A stretch of 64,000 bases of DNA, from positions 10,200-74,199 of the forward strand of contig CAVPSB010000037.1 of the NCBI GenBank assembly GCA_963708025.1, given 5' to 3'. Made by a program: the position numbers and the translations under genes. The DNA comes from an uncultured Candidatus Rokubacteria bacterium. GTDB lineage: Bacteria > Methylomirabilota > Methylomirabilia > Rokubacteriales > DASRDR01. Positions 61,371 to 64,000 of the stretch are shown one piece after another. The notes beneath the pieces are model-generated. The model saw nothing but the letters and a program-made list of their open reading frames with translations, was not told where the DNA came from and made no database searches. The stretch's first letter is position 1. Each line of letters opens with the position of its first letter.

Positions 61371-63963
61371 TCACGCAGGCCGCTGACGGGCAGGCAAGAG
61401 CTCATGTGTTGGCGAGCCAGGGCGCCTTCGGTAGAACCATGCCTTCGCCCCTTCCGTCGCCGCGATGTAGCCTGCGACGATGATCAGTCCGGACCCGATC
61501 TCAAGCACCGACAGCGGCACAAAACCGAACGCCGAGGTAAACGGCCCGAGGAAGGGGATGGAAAGGGCGATGAGGCTGACGACGACGGTAGTCCAGAACA
61601 GCACCCGGCTCGGCCTGCTACGGAACGCCGGCCGATGCGTTCGCAGGACAAGGACAACGGCGAGTTCGGTCAACAGCGAAATGATGAACCACGTCGTCTG
61701 AAAGGTTGCTTCATCGGCGTGAAAGACAAGCAGCAAGGTCATGAACGTCAGCAGATCGAAGACAGAGCTGATCAGCCCGAAGACGATCATGAAGCGCTGC
61801 ACGTCTTTGATCTGCCAGCGTTGAGCCCGCGTAACGGTCTCCGGATCGACGTTGTCGGTCGAGATCGCAATCGACGGCACATCGGAGAGAAAATTGTTGA
61901 GCAGAATCTGCCTGGCGGCGAGCGGCAGGAACGGGAGCAGCGGCGTGGCGAGCGCCATGCTGACCATGTTGCCGAAATTCGCGCTGGTCGTGATGCAGAT
62001 GTATTTGAGCGTGTTGGCGAACGTGCGCCGACCGTCCTCGACACCGCGGCGGAGAACGTCAAGGTCGCGTTTGAGGAGGATGATGTCGGCGCTCTCGCGG
62101 GCGACGTCGACTGCCTGCTCGACCGAGATGCCTACATCGGCCGCATGCAGGGCGGGTGCATCATTGATGCCGTCGCCGAGATAGCCGACAGCATGTCCGG
62201 TCCGCTGCAAGGCGCGGACGATACGCTCCTTCTGCTGGGGATCGACCTCGACGAAGAGATCGGTGCGTGGCGCGAGATGCCACAGCGACTCATCCTTGAG
62301 CTTTGTCAGTTGCTCGCCGGTAATCATCGACTTCGGATCGAGCCCCACCGCTTCCGCCAGATGGCCGGTGACGTAACGATTGTCACCGCTGATCACCTTG
62401 ATGCGGATGCCGAGCTTGGTGAGGTCGCGGATCGTTTGTTGCGCATCTGACTTGGGCGGATCGGAAAAAAGCAGGAAGCCGGCAAACGTCATGGCGCTTT
62501 CGTCGCCGTGGACGTAGTGGTCTCTTCGCTGCGACCTTGCGTGTCGCCACCGCGAGGACGCGGAATCCTTCCGCGCTCTTGGCCTGGTAGAAAGCCTCGA
62601 GCTCCGCCTGCCGGGCCGCCGTGAGGGGAACGTCCGCGCCATCCTGGGCGACCGATGAGCAGATGGCCAGGACGTTGGCAAAAGCACCCTTGGTGACGAT
62701 CTGGTGCTGCGCCGGATCGACGTCCGCGGCCACGACGATGGTCAGCCGCTTGCGGAGGAAATCGTAGGGAATCTCGTCGATCTTGCGATAGCCGCTGGTG
62801 GTCAGTCCGCTGCTTTCGCCGACAGCTACGATGGCGGCGTCGAGCGGGTTGTCGATACCGGTCTCGAAGGCCGCATTGAGAAACGCCAGCTGCCTGACGT
62901 CGGTCGATGACCGGCCCCCGGCGTCCGTGGCATCCTGCAGAGCGACAACCCCCTCGGTCAGCGTGCCGGTCTTGTCCGTGCAGAGGATGTCCATGCTGCC
63001 GAGATTCTCGATTGCGTCGAGGCGCCGGACGATGACCCCTTGCATGGCCATCGCACGGGCTCCAGCGGCCAGCGTCACGCTGATGATGGCCGGAAGCAGC
63101 TCAGGTGACAGACCAACCGCAAGTGCGACCGCAAAGAGTAGCGACTCGATCCATGGGCGGCCAAGAAGCTGGTTCACGGTCAGGACGAACAGAACGATGA
63201 CGACCATCACCCGGATCAGAAGGTAGCCGAACTGGCGGATGCCCCGCCCGAACTCCGTCTCGGGCGGGCGCGCCTTGATCCGCGCTACGATCGCGCCGAA
63301 GGCGGTTCGGCGACCGGTCTCGACCGCAAGGACCTTCGCCGTGCCGCTTTGTACCGAAGCGCCGAGGTAGACCGCGTTGGTGCGTCCGGCGATGGGCGTC
63401 TCCGGCGGAACGGTCCCAGGTTGCTTCTCGACGGGGAAAGACTCCCCGGTCAGGCTGGCCTCGTTGACCAGAAAGTCCTCGGACTCGATCACGCGTCCGT
63501 CGGCGGGAATGAGGTTGCCGGCCGAGAGCACAATGACGTCGCCGGGCACGATGGCGCTCGCCGGGACCGTTGTTTCTAGACCGTCGCGGACCACACGGCA
63601 TGTCAAAGCCAGGCGGCGCTTGAGCTCTTCGACCGCGGTCGACGCCCGGTACTCCTGATAGAAGCCGAGCAGCGTACTGCCGAGCACGATCGTGAGAATG
63701 ATTCCTGCGTCCACCCATTGCCGCAGGACCAGCGAAATCACCGCTGCGAAGATAAGAATGAGGACAAGCGGACTTTCGAATTGCCGAAGAAGCAGGCGCA
63801 GAGCGCTCAGCCGCGGCGCGTCCTCAATGCTATTCGGACCAACCAGGCGAAGTTGCTCGGCGGCGTTCTCGGACGACAGGCCCTGCTCTCCCGAGCGAAG
63901 AGCCGCGCTCAGCTCTGCATGCTCACGACTCCAGTAGGGGGCATCGGGTCCGGGCTCAGCCAT
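61371..63963 (-). CDS. mgtA: Magnesium-translocating P-type ATPase; frameshift near 62520
   Basis: LTGES, PELLP, DKTGTLT, PYDFLRKR, KGA, GDGINDAPAL, SANFGN. Confidence 0.9.
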
Positions 63964-64000
63964 ATGCCATCCGTTCGACGTTCGCCAGCCGCAAGCTAAC

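Overview
Very GC-rich bacterial chromosomal window, gene-dense and mostly catabolic. Gene content (many ABC importers, cyclase-AAA-TPR protein, DUF222-HNH, UbiD) is reminiscent of Rokubacteria/Methylomirabilota; this is inference only. About a dozen genes carry single-base frameshifts, most simply explained as long-read assembly errors. Contents in order: transaldolase-EF-hand, sirtuin and cysteine dioxygenase; a 4.3-7.9 kb mosaic of gene fragments bracketed by a 28-bp direct repeat; a PrpD/CoA-transferase/acyl-CoA dehydrogenase/amidohydrolase operon; a VanR-like GntR regulator with a vanO-like palindrome facing an operon that joins oxalomesaconate genes (galB, galD, VOC) to two short MetE-family proteins, a SAM-methyltransferase-like ORF and a MetF-MetV fusion; a creatininase/ureohydrolase/DUF1989/deaminase cluster; four ABC importers; a UbiD operon; a DUF222-HNH gene; two-component genes; and a more AT-rich end with mgtA. 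The main non-coding signals are a modular palindromic repeat family (GGCC-GAA-GGCC mini-hairpins, G-tracts, and an arm that supplies the ribosome-binding site of downstream genes) and a 108-bp CTAG-bounded MITE-like element. No rRNA, tRNA, CRISPR array, integrase or transposase was recognised.
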